From the NCBI GenBank assembly GCA_002633005.1, contig NMRA01000262.1:161208-225207 (forward strand): a stretch of DNA of 64,000 bases, in the 5' to 3' direction. A program made the translations under genes and the position numbers. The notes below the pieces were generated by a model. It worked only from the letters and a program-made list of their open reading frames with translations. It ran no database searches and was not told the DNA's origin. Positions 1 to 10,849 of this stretch are shown in pieces (position 1 is the stretch's first letter; each line of letters opens with the position of its first letter). The DNA is from Phoronis australis (taxonomy: Eukaryota > Animalia > Phoronida).

Positions 1-53
1 TAACTTCGGAAACTATGTAATACATAATTTCTTGAGGACCACTTCTGAATTCT

Positions 54-400
54 CCATGTGAACACGGTAGTACATCACAACTGAATTGTATCCATGTGAA
101 CACGGTAGTACATCACAACTGAATTGTATCCATGTGAACACGGTAGTACATCACAACTGAGTTGTATCCATGTGAACACGGTAGTACATCACAACTGAGT
201 TGTATCCATGTGAACACGGTAGTACATCACAACTGAGTTGTATCCATGTGAACACGGTAGTACATCACAACTGAATTGTATCCATTTGAACACGGTAGTA
301 CATCACAACTGAATTGTATCCATGTGAACACAGTAGTACATCACAACTGAATTGTATCCAAGTGAACACGGTAGTACATCACAACTGAATTGTATCCATG
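54..400. repeat. 38-bp minisatellite, ~9 copies
   Basis: Unit CCATGTGAACACGGTAGTACATCACAACTGA(A/G)TTGTAT repeated head-to-tail. Confidence 0.97.
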
Positions 401-529
401 ATAGTTTTCCACCGATTCACAACATCATTACACAACATCATTACACAACATTACATAACTATTGTCTGAGTGTGTAAACTGACTATCTTGACATAATCTA
501 CCAAACTGCATTTGTAAGGAGAACTCTTC

Positions 530-575
530 ATTATTGTTATTGTTATTATTATTGTTATGATTATTGTTATTATTA
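530..575. repeat. imperfect (ATT/GTT)n microsatellite
   Basis: attattgttattgttattattattgttatgattattgttattatta. Confidence 0.85.
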
Positions 576-1264
576 CGGTAAAAATTCTTCAATTTGGGGA
601 AAAAGTGATTGTTAAAATTGCCATGTTTCTATTTTTCAGAGGCTTACCACATTGTTGCAAATGCTCAAAGTTTTACAAATAAATGCTGTTTGGTGATAGC
701 TACACCATACAAAAAATGTTAAGCGTAAAGAAAATTTTTCTGCAATTTTTTGTTTAGAAATTTGACAAAATAAAATTTCACTTCTCTGCTATGTTATGCC
801 ACAAACTAAAGATTTTTTTGTTATCGCTATAAGTAATGTTAACACATGAACATTTTACTCACAGCAGTGATTTCTCAACAAAATTATAGTACTATGATCT
901 TCACTTAATATCAAATTTGATTGAACTTTGATACCAGAGCAAAATCTGTGTGTATAATCAGGAAGGTGACACCTAGGGGCCTGTTACACCCAGTTACTTC
1001 TCATTGTGTTCTCATTTGTGTTGACACAGTAGGCTAAGACTGCTAGAAATGTGGTAAATGTTGAGTAATGAAAATACTTGTTCAGTACAATCTTAGAAAC
1101 AACTCCATGGACGGTGTCTCGTTCATTGCATGTTTTGGCCAAAGTTGCCCGTTACAGTGACACGTATAACATGGCCCTAACCACATAAGAAGTGTCCCCT
1201 TAAGCTGGCCAAAATTGATTTTAGTACCATTTCTCAGGATTTCTGCACCGTTCTTTTCCAACAG

Positions 1265-1297
1265 TGTCAGTTTCATATACTGCTGCACCAACAAACG
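1265..1297 (+). CDS. 33-nt phase 1-1 microexon, receptor stalk (VSVSYTAAPTN)
   Basis: ttcttttccaacAG acceptor, G|GTGAGT donor, length 3n, open in the phase matching the TM exon. Confidence 0.65.
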
Positions 1298-1729
1298 GTG
1301 AGTAAATTGCACAATGCTTAGCACTGAATAAACCTTCATCAATTAATATAAAAATGCCAGATTTAAGCAATCTTTTACAAATGAACTGATTAAATTTGCA
1401 TGCATTTAGAAATATGTCATCAACATTCAAAGTAACATTTTCAATACATTTCGCCGAAAGACTAAGTATAATCATAAGAAATGTATCTTCAACGTTAAAA
1501 GTGTCATCTTAAATGCAATTTCTGCGGAAATTCACATGACTGTGTACATAAGAAAGCTGTGACCATGATCATTCTTGTGACATTTTCAATTCAATTTCTC
1601 TAGATCACACTATGTAACTGTAACGCGGAGTTTAACGGGAACATTCAAAGTGGCGTTATTAATACAGGAATATTTTATGAAACCATGAGAATAATAGTAT
1701 TATAAGCATTTCTGCAACATTGTTTTCAG

Positions 1730-1762
1730 TGTAGGTTTTCTGCACTGTTGCGCCCACTGGTG
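1730..1762 (+). pseudogene. 33-nt microexon copy with in-frame TAG (dead or poison exon)
   Basis: tgttttcAG|TG TAG GTT...GGTG|GTAAAT; same length and position within the repeat unit as the intact copies. Confidence 0.5.
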
Positions 1763-2193
1763 GTAAATGAACCAAATAATGATGCAAATTTCAGCATTCA
1801 ATAAACTTGAATTAGTAGGATAAAGTCAAATTCAAAGTTGTAAGATATTTGAATTACATGGTGAGTTTACCAATCTTTATCAAATGCATGAAGGTAGCAA
1901 GTATCCATAAGATAGGTATATCTTAAGCATCACTAGATTACCGTATACAATTTGTTATGAATATCGCATGTAACATTAAGAAAGGTATCTACATAAGCGT
2001 TCAAAGTGGTACCTTCAAATTCAATGCTATTTTTACTAAGATTTCTGCACCTTTGTTTTCCGTACACCAGGTTTCATATTCAGTTATGCTCACAGTAAAC
2101 ATCAAAATTACGTCATTGTCAGCACTGAATGAAGTTAGTTAATTATTAGGATAATGCTCAATTCAAAACTGAAATGGAATTGAATTACATTAA

Positions 2194-3756
2194 AGGAGTA
2201 TGCCACCCAAAAAACAACCCATTTTGTATCAATTTAGAACGAGTAGTTCTACTCGATAACGGCACGTTCGGTTGCATTACCTGACACCTGACGATAGATG
2301 GAGGTGTTGAAATTATCCAATGACATAATTGGTTTCACACGCAGTCTGCTCAGTAGTTCACAACACGGGTTGCTGGCGTCATGTTATCTCTTGAATTCAT
2401 CGTTTAACACCAATAAATAATCGAACTTTGATGTAAAATCCTTAAAAATACATCGAGTTCTTATAAAAACATGTTGTTTTATTTCGCTGTTACGGATTTA
2501 TTGGTATTTGGACACACCGTAACCTACAAATGTCCGCAGGACAATTTACCAAGGTCCATAGCAGGAGTTTGGGGTCTGTTCAGAGATAAATTCGAAGTAT
2601 TCTTCCGTGAAATACAGACAGGAGAACCAAGAACTGTGTTGTTTAGACTTATAATTTTTTGAGTTCTAAACACACAAAACGCTTGTTATCCCAACCAGGG
2701 CTCGGAATCCGATCAGGCCTGTCGCGGCCGGACTGACTCGTTATCCCGGCCATTGGCTCGGAACCTGATCAGGCCCGTCGCGGCTGCCCTGACTGGCACG
2801 AACATAAACCAGCTTGAGTTGGCAACTAAACCTCCAGTCAGGAAAAGACTATATTAGTGAGCCAAAGAAATAATGGGAATTAGCAACGAAACTGAAAATC
2901 TACTTACTGTCGGGGGCCGCAAAGTTGGGTTCCCCTTCCACAGACCGTCAGGGCAAAGGTTGTACAGTATCAATGATTTGAATAATGTATTTGTATTTCT
3001 GAATAAAGATTCCCCTAACATGTGACCATAAGGGCATCTCAACATTTGCACTCACAAATACTGCAAAGGCATTACAAATTGTATCTAATGAGACAGACTA
3101 AGTTTCAGTTTTATATAAGCATTGGTTAGGATGAGAATAATTCATTTTGAAACAGAATGCAGAATAACAAACATCTACTTGACAACTCGCCCGGCGCCAA
3201 TCCCAAGTTAGTCAGGAGCTCATCTGATGAAGACTGCACGGATCCAATCTGTAGATTTCACAATCTATCAATTCGAACCGGGATACACTGATCAAGAAAT
3301 ACTAAAGAGGCACCGTGAACATGAACAGGCAACGGAACGTATGGTTAGTTCTTTGGTAAGCCGGAATTCGCCACAGAAATCACTGTCGATGAAATGCCGG
3401 CCACAGACACGGAGATGTTTCACGGCCTCATACTTGCTATTAACAGAGTACCTTTCATTCTTCACTACCACGAGCCACTTCCTAAGCATTTTGGGCTCTC
3501 GAGGAAGTCGAAAAAACGATATACCCGCTTTCTTCACAGCTTCATAGTTCGCACAAGCAGGTACGATGCACCGCGATATTGCATAGCGGCATTCATTCTG
3601 CAGACGAACCAATGACGTTGCTGCGTCGTTTTTCACCTTCCTTATAGGTTAACGCGACACCTCTCGGCAAGGTGAGGTCGACCGTATAAGAAGCGATGTG
3701 TATATAGACCGATTAAGACTGTAAAAAAGACTAATTAAATCGGGTGGCATTCTCCT
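2194..3756 (-). mobile_element. Kolobok-like non-autonomous DNA transposon carrying a THAP-domain remnant
   Basis: TIRs AGGAGTATGCCACCC (2194-2208) / GGGTGGCATTCTCCT (3742-3756), 1 mismatch; flanked by TTAA (2190-2193) and TTAG (3757-3760). TTAA TSD, RR termini and THAP are Kolobok hallmarks. Confidence 0.75.
3292..3636 (-). pseudogene. THAP zinc-finger (C2CH) domain, transposase N-terminal remnant
   Basis: CIVPAC...FFRLP...W...VCGRHF; no in-frame ATG at the domain start (ATA TCG CGG TGC), no catalytic domain follows. Confidence 0.85.
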
Positions 3757-3963
3757 TTAGCTAGTTTAGTAATGAAGATCACATGCGACCATAAGAAAGT
3801 CATCTTGTTCTTTGACATTCAAAGTAACATCTCAGGAAAGTCAAGCATGTGATTATGAGTGTCAACATTCAAAGTGGTGTCTTCAATGCAAGTTTTGAGG
3901 ATGTTTGCATGATGTGACATGACATATATCAACTTATTAAGATTTGTGCACCATTGCTTTCAG

Positions 3964-3996
3964 TGGCAGTTTCAACCCATATCGTGCCTACTACTA
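3964..3996 (+). CDS. 33-nt phase 1-1 microexon (VAVSTHIVPTT)
   Basis: ttgctttcAG acceptor, A|GTAAGT donor, 3n, open frame. Confidence 0.65.
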
Positions 3997-4379
3997 GTAA
4001 GTAAATAAATTATGGCATGTTCAGCACTGCATACTTTGTAGGGTAATGTCAAATTCAAAATTGTGACACTTTAATTTAATGTGGGGAGTTTACTAATTCT
4101 TAAACAAATGCACAAAGAGCGCCTGTAACCATAGGAAAGGTATTGTGTCTGAAGCATTTTTAATACAATTTCTTTGGGGGACCACTAACTTGTATTATCA
4201 CAAGCCATCAATGTGGTGTTTTCAGTGTCACTTCTCTAGAGCTTGTACCATAGAAAGGTATCCACATACCAGTGAATATTCAAATTGGTATCTTTGATCT
4301 TAAATACAATTTCAGAGAATGTTTCCATGAAAGTGTAAGAAAGTTATCATTTTATGCATTTCTAAACTATTGTTTTCAG

Positions 4380-4412
4380 TGCCTGTTTTATACACTGGTG
4401 TGTCCACAGGGG
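4380..4412 (+). CDS. 33-nt phase 1-1 microexon (xPVLYTGVSTG)
   Basis: tgttttcAG acceptor, G|GTAAGT donor, 3n, open frame. Confidence 0.65.
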
Positions 4413-4637
4413 GTAAGTGAGTTAACAAAATCATGTCATTTTCAGCACTGCATTGACTTGCATTGGGATAATGATGAATTCAAAATTGTAACAGACTCAA
4501 ATTACATGGAGAGTTAAGCAATCTTTAACGAACATATAAAGATCAAATGTAACCAGACGAAAATATCAACCTATGGTAAGCATTCAAACTGGTGTCTTCA
4601 ACGCAATTTCCTGGCATTTCTACACTATTCTTTTCAG

Positions 4638-4670
4638 TGCGAGTTTCACACACTATTGTGCCCACTGGTG
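4638..4670 (+). CDS. 33-nt phase 1-1 microexon (VRVSHTIVPTG)
   Basis: ttcttttcAG acceptor, G|GTAAGT donor, 3n, open frame. Confidence 0.65.
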
Positions 4671-4901
4671 GTAAGTAAACGAAACAAAAGATGATTTTCA
4701 GCTCTGAACTTTACTCTCCTGGGGAAGCAATTTTTTAAATAAATGCATGAAAATTGCGCGTTACCCTGAGGATCATAAAGTTTTAAAAGAAGTACCTTAA
4801 TACAATTTCTCTGGAGGATAACCTGTAACCATAAGAAAGGTATAACAAAATAAAACTGGTATCTTCAATGCAACTTTGGATTTCAACACCATTCTTTTCA
4901 G

Positions 4902-4928
4902 TGTGGATACCATTCACATCCACGCGTG
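4902..4928 (+). CDS. 27-nt phase 1-1 microexon (VWIPFTSTR)
   Basis: attcttttcAG acceptor, G|GTAAGT donor; 6 nt shorter than its siblings but still 3n. Confidence 0.6.
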
Positions 4929-6957
4929 GTAAGTAAACAAAACTCTACCATTTTCAGCTCTGAATGAACGTTTACCAATTCAGAGAAAATAGCAACTTGA
5001 TTAGGTGTTAGAATCTATCTGGCCACTCTGAATGAGCCATACCATGGGTATATAAATAGAGCCACAAACCAGATATTTTTACATTTATTGCCACTTTGTT
5101 TTGTGTGGAAATTGAGGAACAGAGCACTGGCTGACTTGGCTTTTGCACCCACCTTTTGAAACCTTAAAACAATATTGTTCAGTACTTACGGACACTAAAT
5201 ATAGAACCACCTGATAGGAGGTAAAATATTAAATAGACATACTTGGATCCTTATAACAAACTTTTTATCAGTTGCATTGTTCGGAAATGATATTAAATGA
5301 ATTGTTTTTAATCAGGTTTCTTTGGACCAATGTGTAAATAGTCTAATAATTAGTGTTTAAATAGGTGAAGCTCATCGGGCAGTATTTTAACAGGTTCCGT
5401 TAAGTTACATAGTGAATTAACAATATTAACAGATCCACAAACTTCTCTGAAATTTTCCCAAATTGCTTTTTCTTTACATGCTCCCTACTGAAGCATATTT
5501 GTATACAGTTGAGAAATCATCAAATTCATGTTCTTTCGTTCCCCGATATTTCTCCACTTCAATTAAATCAAATGGATTATGGTCTTTCTTCGTATCTGAA
5601 GCCGTACATTTCATACTTTTGGGTGTTCTAGGTATTTACAAGTTTCTAGAGTTTTGTAGGTCCTTGCCTGAGCAGTTTTGAAATTAATTGCTTCCTTTCT
5701 TTCACACTGCTCTCGTCTGCATCCAAAATAAACATCCTTCCACGCTATGGTACAGCTTCATTGCTTTCTTACATTGTCCATGCTATTTTGGCTATAACTT
5801 ATGTCCATATACAGTGACTCATCTCGGGGAAGTTCTTGGCTATGTCTGAGAATCATACATTTCTCTTTGAACTTTTTTGTTCATTGAGATATGAATTGAT
5901 TTGTTAATTATGCTTGTCTTTGTTGCTCTTTATTTTGAATTTATCTTTTAGTGAAAATAAGGTAGTTTGTCATTTCTTCCCACGGTGATGACAATTAGTC
6001 TTGTTGTCAATTTCAGTTTCAAATACCCATGATTTAGGTCATTTTTCATGAATTGCAGACTGGTTGTCTTGGATTTTTCCCCCATTTTAGGTTATTTGAA
6101 TCCATGTCTTTCTCTTCAAATCCAAGGAAAATGTTATTGCGGCGACATAGCCATTTTTTGAATTAATTAAATTTGCTTCTATTTTTGTCACCATGCTGTT
6201 ACTCAGTGGGGTGCGACAGGTGTAGAAACAGCCCTCCTTGTTTGACAAAAGACGTCTGCTCAAGGAATCATTCATGACCAGCTCAATTTATTTTCTTATT
6301 GATTTTGAAGTGTTTACGAAGCATCACGGCCCACGAACTAGATTGTTGATAAGACCCTGGGGACTTTAAAAGTAAGTCGCAGTTTCACACCTGCCTGTTG
6401 CAATGCTTTGCCATAGAAATTATCAAAGAAACTAAAACTTGGTTTAGATCATTATGAAACTGTTTCAGATGAGAAGTGGTCGTTATTACTTGAGATCATG
6501 CTTATAGGTCACAAAGGAGGTCATAAAGTGATCTGCCATATTGTAGAGCTGGGTGTTAAGAAGTGATGGATTGTCATTTTTTTCCAGCCATGAAATCATG
6601 GTTAACAATTTCAGACCATTTTTTACCAGTGAGTGGTCTAAATAAAAAGCTGCATAGTTATGTGACAAAAGGTGGATTGATTTGTTGCCACATTCTCTTC
6701 TGTGGTGGTGGTAAGTGATTCCGTTTGTGTTTTGAAATAATCCTTTCAAGTTTTTCAGTAGTCCGAATCAACAAGTTTGTTTTGTTCGCTATATCTTTCA
6801 ATATTCTGTGTTCTGAAAGTCAGTTCCAACGTTTTAGACGTCATCTGTCTTGTCTATATGTAATTCTTGTTACAAAGTTGGAAATCCTGGAAAATGGGGA
6901 ATGCTTCCATTCATAGAAGTCTATTTGAAACTGATGAGTATAAGAGCCGTGTAGTGT

Positions 6958-7094
6958 TGTAGGAATCAGAAACACACAATTATAAGCGAATAAAATACTA
7001 TATTGAAGCAGACACTTGATGTTGGTATATTGACAAAAATGAGACTAAACTACAGTGATTTCACAAATCGTTATAACTGATAGGTGGCACCACA
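6958..7094 (-). repeat. 3' LTR (TG...CA)
   Basis: Direct repeat of 10305-10441; immediately preceded on the - strand by polypurine tract GGAGGGGGG-TAC (7095-7106). Confidence 0.95.
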
Positions 7095-7144
7095 GTACCC
7101 CCCTCCAAGCGGAGGACTAAGGCAAATCCGAAGTGGGTGAAGAA

Positions 7145-9433
7145 TCACGAAAACGCACGGGCAAGCGCGAAACGGTCAATGATCGTGAAGAGATAGGTCA
7201 TGCCTTGGCTCGCTGGTAGTGGGCCAACAAGATCCACATGGAGACTGCGAAACCTGGCAGCCGGAGAGGGACGCTTTACCAAAGGTGCCCGTGTGTGTCG
7301 ATGTATCTTGGAAGCTTGACAAGCATGACACTCTTTGCACCACCGCCGTATATCACGTTTCATACCTCGCCAGACAAAGCGCTGAGTGAGAGCCTGCTGA
7401 GTAGGGCGAACGCCAGCGTGGGAAAGCCCATGAATACGATCAAAAACAGCACGGGCCCATGTAGAGGGCAAGACAGGTTGGGGCGTGTCAGTGGACGTGT
7501 CACAAAGCAGAGTCGAGTCGCCAAACGGAATATCTTGTAGAGCAAGGCCCGTTGTAGCGGTTCGATATTCCGCCATTTCAGGAGACTGGCCTTGGTCATG
7601 AGCCAGCTCGCGGAAGTCACCAACAGAAAAGATGCTATGGTCACTGGATATGCCATTGATGTCGAAACGGGATAGTGCGTCAGCCACCACGTTAAACTTG
7701 CCTTTAAGGTATCGGATGTCGGTAGTAAACTCAGCTATAAAAGCAAGGTGCCGTGCCTGACGTGGGGAACGCTCACTGCCACTGTGCAATGCTGACACTA
7801 ACGGCTTGTGGTCAGTGTATAACGCAAAAGGTCCGCCCTCTAAAAAATGCCTGAAGTGCTTAACTGCGTTATAGGCCGCCAGGAGTTCACGGTCGAAAGC
7901 ACTGTACTTATGCTCTGTTTCGGAAAGCTTGCGTGAGAAGAAAGCAAGAGGAACCCAAGTACCGTCCTGAAGTTGCGTCAGCTGAACACCGATGGCCTTG
8001 TTAGACGCATCGACCGTAACGCTTGTAGGCGAGGTCGGATGAGGGTGACGCAAGAGCACAGCTTTTTTAAGGGCGTCTTTGGCCTTTTCGAAAGCAGTTT
8101 GGCAGGCAGCTGACCAGGTAATAGCTTGGCCTTTACCACTAGCTTGCGCATGGAGTGGAGTCAGGGCATCAGCGACGTGTGGAATAAAACAGTGATAGTA
8201 GTTCATCAATCCCAGAAATCGTTGCAGCTCAGCACGATTGGTTGGGGGAGCACAATCTTGAATAGAGGCTATGCGATCGGGGAGCGGAAGGATCCCACGG
8301 GCTGTGACGTGGTGTCCAAGGAAAGCCAATTCGGCAGCACCAAAAATGCACTTGGGCTTATTGATGACGAGACCGTTGGAGGACAGTACCATAAAGATCT
8401 GACGAAGATGTTCCAGATGTTCGGCATGCGAGCGGCTGGCCACCAAGATGTCATCGAGGTAGACAAAAGCGAACGAAACGTCCCTGAAAATGCCTTCTAT
8501 AAGGCGTTGGAAAGCCTGGGCAGCGTTCTTGAGGCCAAAGGACATGCGAAGAAATTCCCACAATCCAAAAGGTGTGATTATTGCAGTCTTGGGCACAGAA
8601 GATGGCGCAACCGGAATCTGATGATAGCCCCGAACCAGATCAATTTTGGAGAAAACTTGGCATCCGGTCAGATGGTTGTTGAAATCATGGATATGCGGCA
8701 ACGGGTAGCGGTCATCCGTGGTAGAAGCATTAAGTTGTCTGTAGTCACCACAAGGGCGCCATAGACCACCAGGCTTGGGGACGACATGGAGCAGTGAAGA
8801 CCACGGTGAATTGGAACGGCGAATTATACCCATCTTTTCCATTCGCAGAAATTCATCTTTAGCCGCCGCCAGTCGTTCAGGATTCAAACATTGGGCACAT
8901 GCGTGGACAGGTGGTCCCTGGGTTATGATATGGTGTTCAACACCATGTTTATTCGCCATGGAATCAAAACACGGAGTAAACAGCTCTGAAAACTGTTGTA
9001 ACAAATGTGAGTACTCGTCGTGGGCATGAAAGGAGAGACCCGCAAGGGTCAGTGAAATCGTGTTATGTCGCAGAAGTACAGAGGGATTATCGATAGACAA
9101 AAGGCGCTTGCCCTTGAGATCAATAACTAGGTCGTGGGCAATAAAAAAATCAGCTCCCAGAATCGGGCGAGTAACATCGGCAAGATAAAATTCATGAGCG
9201 TACCGCTGCTTAGGGCTGACCACCACCGAGAGGGTACGGGTGCCCCATTTGTTTATGGAAGTTCCGTTAGCAGCGGAGAGAGGTGCAGAAGGTGGATTGG
9301 TCTTGCGGTCTGTTGCAGAGGCAGGATAAACAGAAACGTCGGCGCCAGTGTCAATTAAAAAATATCTACCAGTGTGTTGGTCAACAATGGAGAACGTGTT
9401 GGAGGTGGAGATGCCGGCCGCTACCACGTTCAA
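7145..9433 (-). CDS. pol: Gypsy pol (protease, RT, RNase H, truncated integrase), accessed by -1 frameshift
   Basis: LIDTGAD protease; [27 protein letters not shown]; VDAS, DRELLA, TDHKPL, ADALSR RNase H; HHCC zinc finger and [12 protein letters not shown], then abrupt stop. Confidence 0.95.
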   Translation of the reverse strand: MNVVAAGISTSNTFSIVDQHTGRYFLIDTGADVSVYPASATDRKTNPPSAPLSAANGTSINKWGTRTLSVVVSPKQRYAHEFYLADVTRPILGADFFIAHDLVIDLKGKRLLSIDNPSVLLRHNTISLTLAGLSFHAHDEYSHLLQQFSELFTPCFDSMANKHGVEHHIITQGPPVHACAQCLNPERLAAAKDEFLRMEKMGIIRRSNSPWSSLLHVVPKPGGLWRPCGDYRQLNASTTDDRYPLPHIHDFNNHLTGCQVFSKIDLVRGYHQIPVAPSSVPKTAIITPFGLWEFLRMSFGLKNAAQAFQRLIEGIFRDVSFAFVYLDDILVASRSHAEHLEHLRQIFMVLSSNGLVINKPKCIFGAAELAFLGHHVTARGILPLPDRIASIQDCAPPTNRAELQRFLGLMNYYHCFIPHVADALTPLHAQASGKGQAITWSAACQTAFEKAKDALKKAVLLRHPHPTSPTSVTVDASNKAIGVQLTQLQDGTWVPLAFFSRKLSETEHKYSAFDRELLAAYNAVKHFRHFLEGGPFALYTDHKPLVSALHSGSERSPRQARHLAFIAEFTTDIRYLKGKFNVVADALSRFDINGISSDHSIFSVGDFRELAHDQGQSPEMAEYRTATTGLALQDIPFGDSTLLCDTSTDTPQPVLPSTWARAVFDRIHGLSHAGVRPTQQALTQRFVWRGMKRDIRRWCKECHACQASKIHRHTRAPLVKRPSPAARFRSLHVDLVGPLPASQGMTYLFTIIDRFALARAFS

Positions 9434-9454
9434 CGGCCGGCTGTGGCGTTTCCC
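9392..9454 (-). promoter_or_regulatory. -1 ribosomal frameshift signal: G GGA AAC slippery site + H-type pseudoknot
   Basis: GGGAAAC (9454-9448) in gag frame, 6-nt spacer, stem GCCGGCCG/CGGCCGGC, loop GAACGTG complementary to downstream CACGTTC (9398-9392). Confidence 0.8.
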
Positions 9455-10275
9455 TGGTTATTTGTCTTGGGTATCGGTGATGCAAACTTGCAGCCAGGCG
9501 GGCATCGACGAGCCTCGGGCCCAAACTTCATGTGGTAGAAGCATACGGTGGAGGAACCCATAAGGGGGCTGGCGTCACCCTGCTGGGAACGGGAACGGCG
9601 TCGGAAACGCTTATCGGCAGAAACCACGTCCACCGAAGCGGACGTGGACTTGGCATTGTCATCATAAAAACCCGAAAACGTTGTCGGACTGGTGGTAGGC
9701 ATAGAGACATGTTGCACTCCGGCAGTACGTGCCTCCCAGATACGGTCAGCGGTCGTAGCAAGGTCCTCTATGCTATTAATGCTGTGGCCCGCCAGGATAG
9801 TGCGAACGTCGGAAGGCAGGTTCGTTAGGAATAAAGCACGTTTTAAAGTCTGGGGGTCATCATTGAGAGCGTTGATACGTCTCATCAGAGCGGTGGGACG
9901 TTTGTCACCCAGGCCATTGAGGTTCAAAAGCTCAGAGTCCTTCTGCGCCTGGGACTTTCCAAAAGCGTTGATGAGCGCGGACTTCAATGCGTTATACTTG
10001 TTTGTGAGTGGTGGGTGGAGGAGTATAGCCTGAACCTCGTCGGCTGTGGTGACATCAAGGGCACTCACCACATAATCATATTTTGTCTGATCTTGCACAA
10101 TCCCTTTCGTTCCAAACTGAGCCTCGACTTTGGCAAACCAAACTTCGGGCGATTTTGTCCAAAAGTCTGGCAACCTGATGGATACCGCGTTTACCTGAGT
10201 TGTTTGCATTGCAAGCGTCTGGAGAGTTGAGGCGAGGTCAGTAACAAGCTTTGTATCACTATGTCCCTCAGCCAT
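9430..10275 (-). CDS. gag: Gypsy gag-like protein
   Basis: 281 aa; RLPDFW..PEVWF..VEAQF N-terminus and C-terminal CFYH..FG.EA.RC...C motif typical of this Gypsy group. Confidence 0.92.
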   Translation of the reverse strand: MAEGHSDTKLVTDLASTLQTLAMQTTQVNAVSIRLPDFWTKSPEVWFAKVEAQFGTKGIVQDQTKYDYVVSALDVTTADEVQAILLHPPLTNKYNALKSALINAFGKSQAQKDSELLNLNGLGDKRPTALMRRINALNDDPQTLKRALFLTNLPSDVRTILAGHSINSIEDLATTADRIWEARTAGVQHVSMPTTSPTTFSGFYDDNAKSTSASVDVVSADKRFRRRSRSQQGDASPLMGSSTVCFYHMKFGPEARRCPPGCKFASPIPKTNNQGNATAGR

Positions 10276-10291
10276 TTTAAGTGTTCACTGT

Positions 10292-10303
10292 TCGAGGTCA
10301 CCA
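10292..10303 (-). promoter_or_regulatory. primer-binding site, tRNA-Trp-like
   Basis: TGGTGACCTCGA 1 nt after the 5' LTR; matches the canonical Trp PBS TGGTGACCCCGA with one G:U pair. Confidence 0.7.
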
Positions 10304-10304
10304 A

Positions 10305-10441
10305 TATAGGGATCAGAAACACACAATTATAAGCGAATAAAATACTATATTGAAGCAGACACTTGATGTTGGTATATTGACAAAAATGAGACTAAACTAC
10401 AGTGATTTAACAAATCGTTATAACTGATAGGTGGCACCACA
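10305..10441 (-). repeat. 5' LTR
   Basis: Direct repeat of 6958-7094; ends TATA instead of TACA on the - strand. Confidence 0.95.
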
Positions 10442-10849
10442 GTGTCATCAAGGGGAATACTTAACACACATTTTGTAAATCATGTCACAAATTCATGAAC
10501 TCAGTTATTTCTAATCATTAGTAAGAATTGCGACATATCTACTTTTTGAAAGAAACATAATTTGTAGAAACGGATGTTCTGAAAAATTGTGTAAACCAAA
10601 ATACAATCTGCATGGGAATTCATTGGTGGACATTTTGCTGGATGTGTATGGTAGTCAAGGTTGTGAACTTGTGAACCACTAGCCTTTCACTGGCATGATC
10701 TTGCATAATCTCACCAAACCAGCACGCAGTTATCATCGCAGAATGCACTGTATTACCACCACATATCAAGGCTTTGCCTGCTTACTTTGACCAATGCATC
10801 AAATTTAATGTAAAAATTTAAATTAAAAGTTTCTGGAATTTATGGAAGT

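Larger units (their letters stand above)
1200..4990 (+). repeat. diverged tandem array of ~7 exon+intron units (~260-470 bp each), interrupted by a DNA transposon
   Basis: Recurring blocks (G/C)ATTTCT(G/A)CAC..TTTTCAG|TG...G|GT(A/G)AGT..TTCAGCACTG..TCAAATTCAAA at ~1238, 1707, 2040, 3941, 4357, 4615, 4880. Confidence 0.8.
6958..10441 (-). mobile_element. Ty3/Gypsy LTR retrotransposon, internally deleted in integrase
   Basis: 137-bp LTRs at 6958-7094 and 10305-10441 (3 differences), 4-bp TSD GTGT (6954-6957 / 10442-10445), gag, then PR-RT-RH-IN order. Confidence 0.97.

Noticed and set aside
54-400. CRISPR-like appearance of 38-, 44- and 52-bp periodic repeats
   Set aside because: Units are head-to-tail with no unique spacers, there are no cas genes, and the context is eukaryotic
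6680-6900. Possible Penelope GIY-YIG remnant on the - strand (CNKNYI...RLKR...SEHR)
   Set aside because: Needs several frameshifts and stops; too short to support without a profile search
7238-10230. Multiple + strand ORFs of 60-212 aa
   Set aside because: Antisense shadows of the GC-richer gag/pol frames
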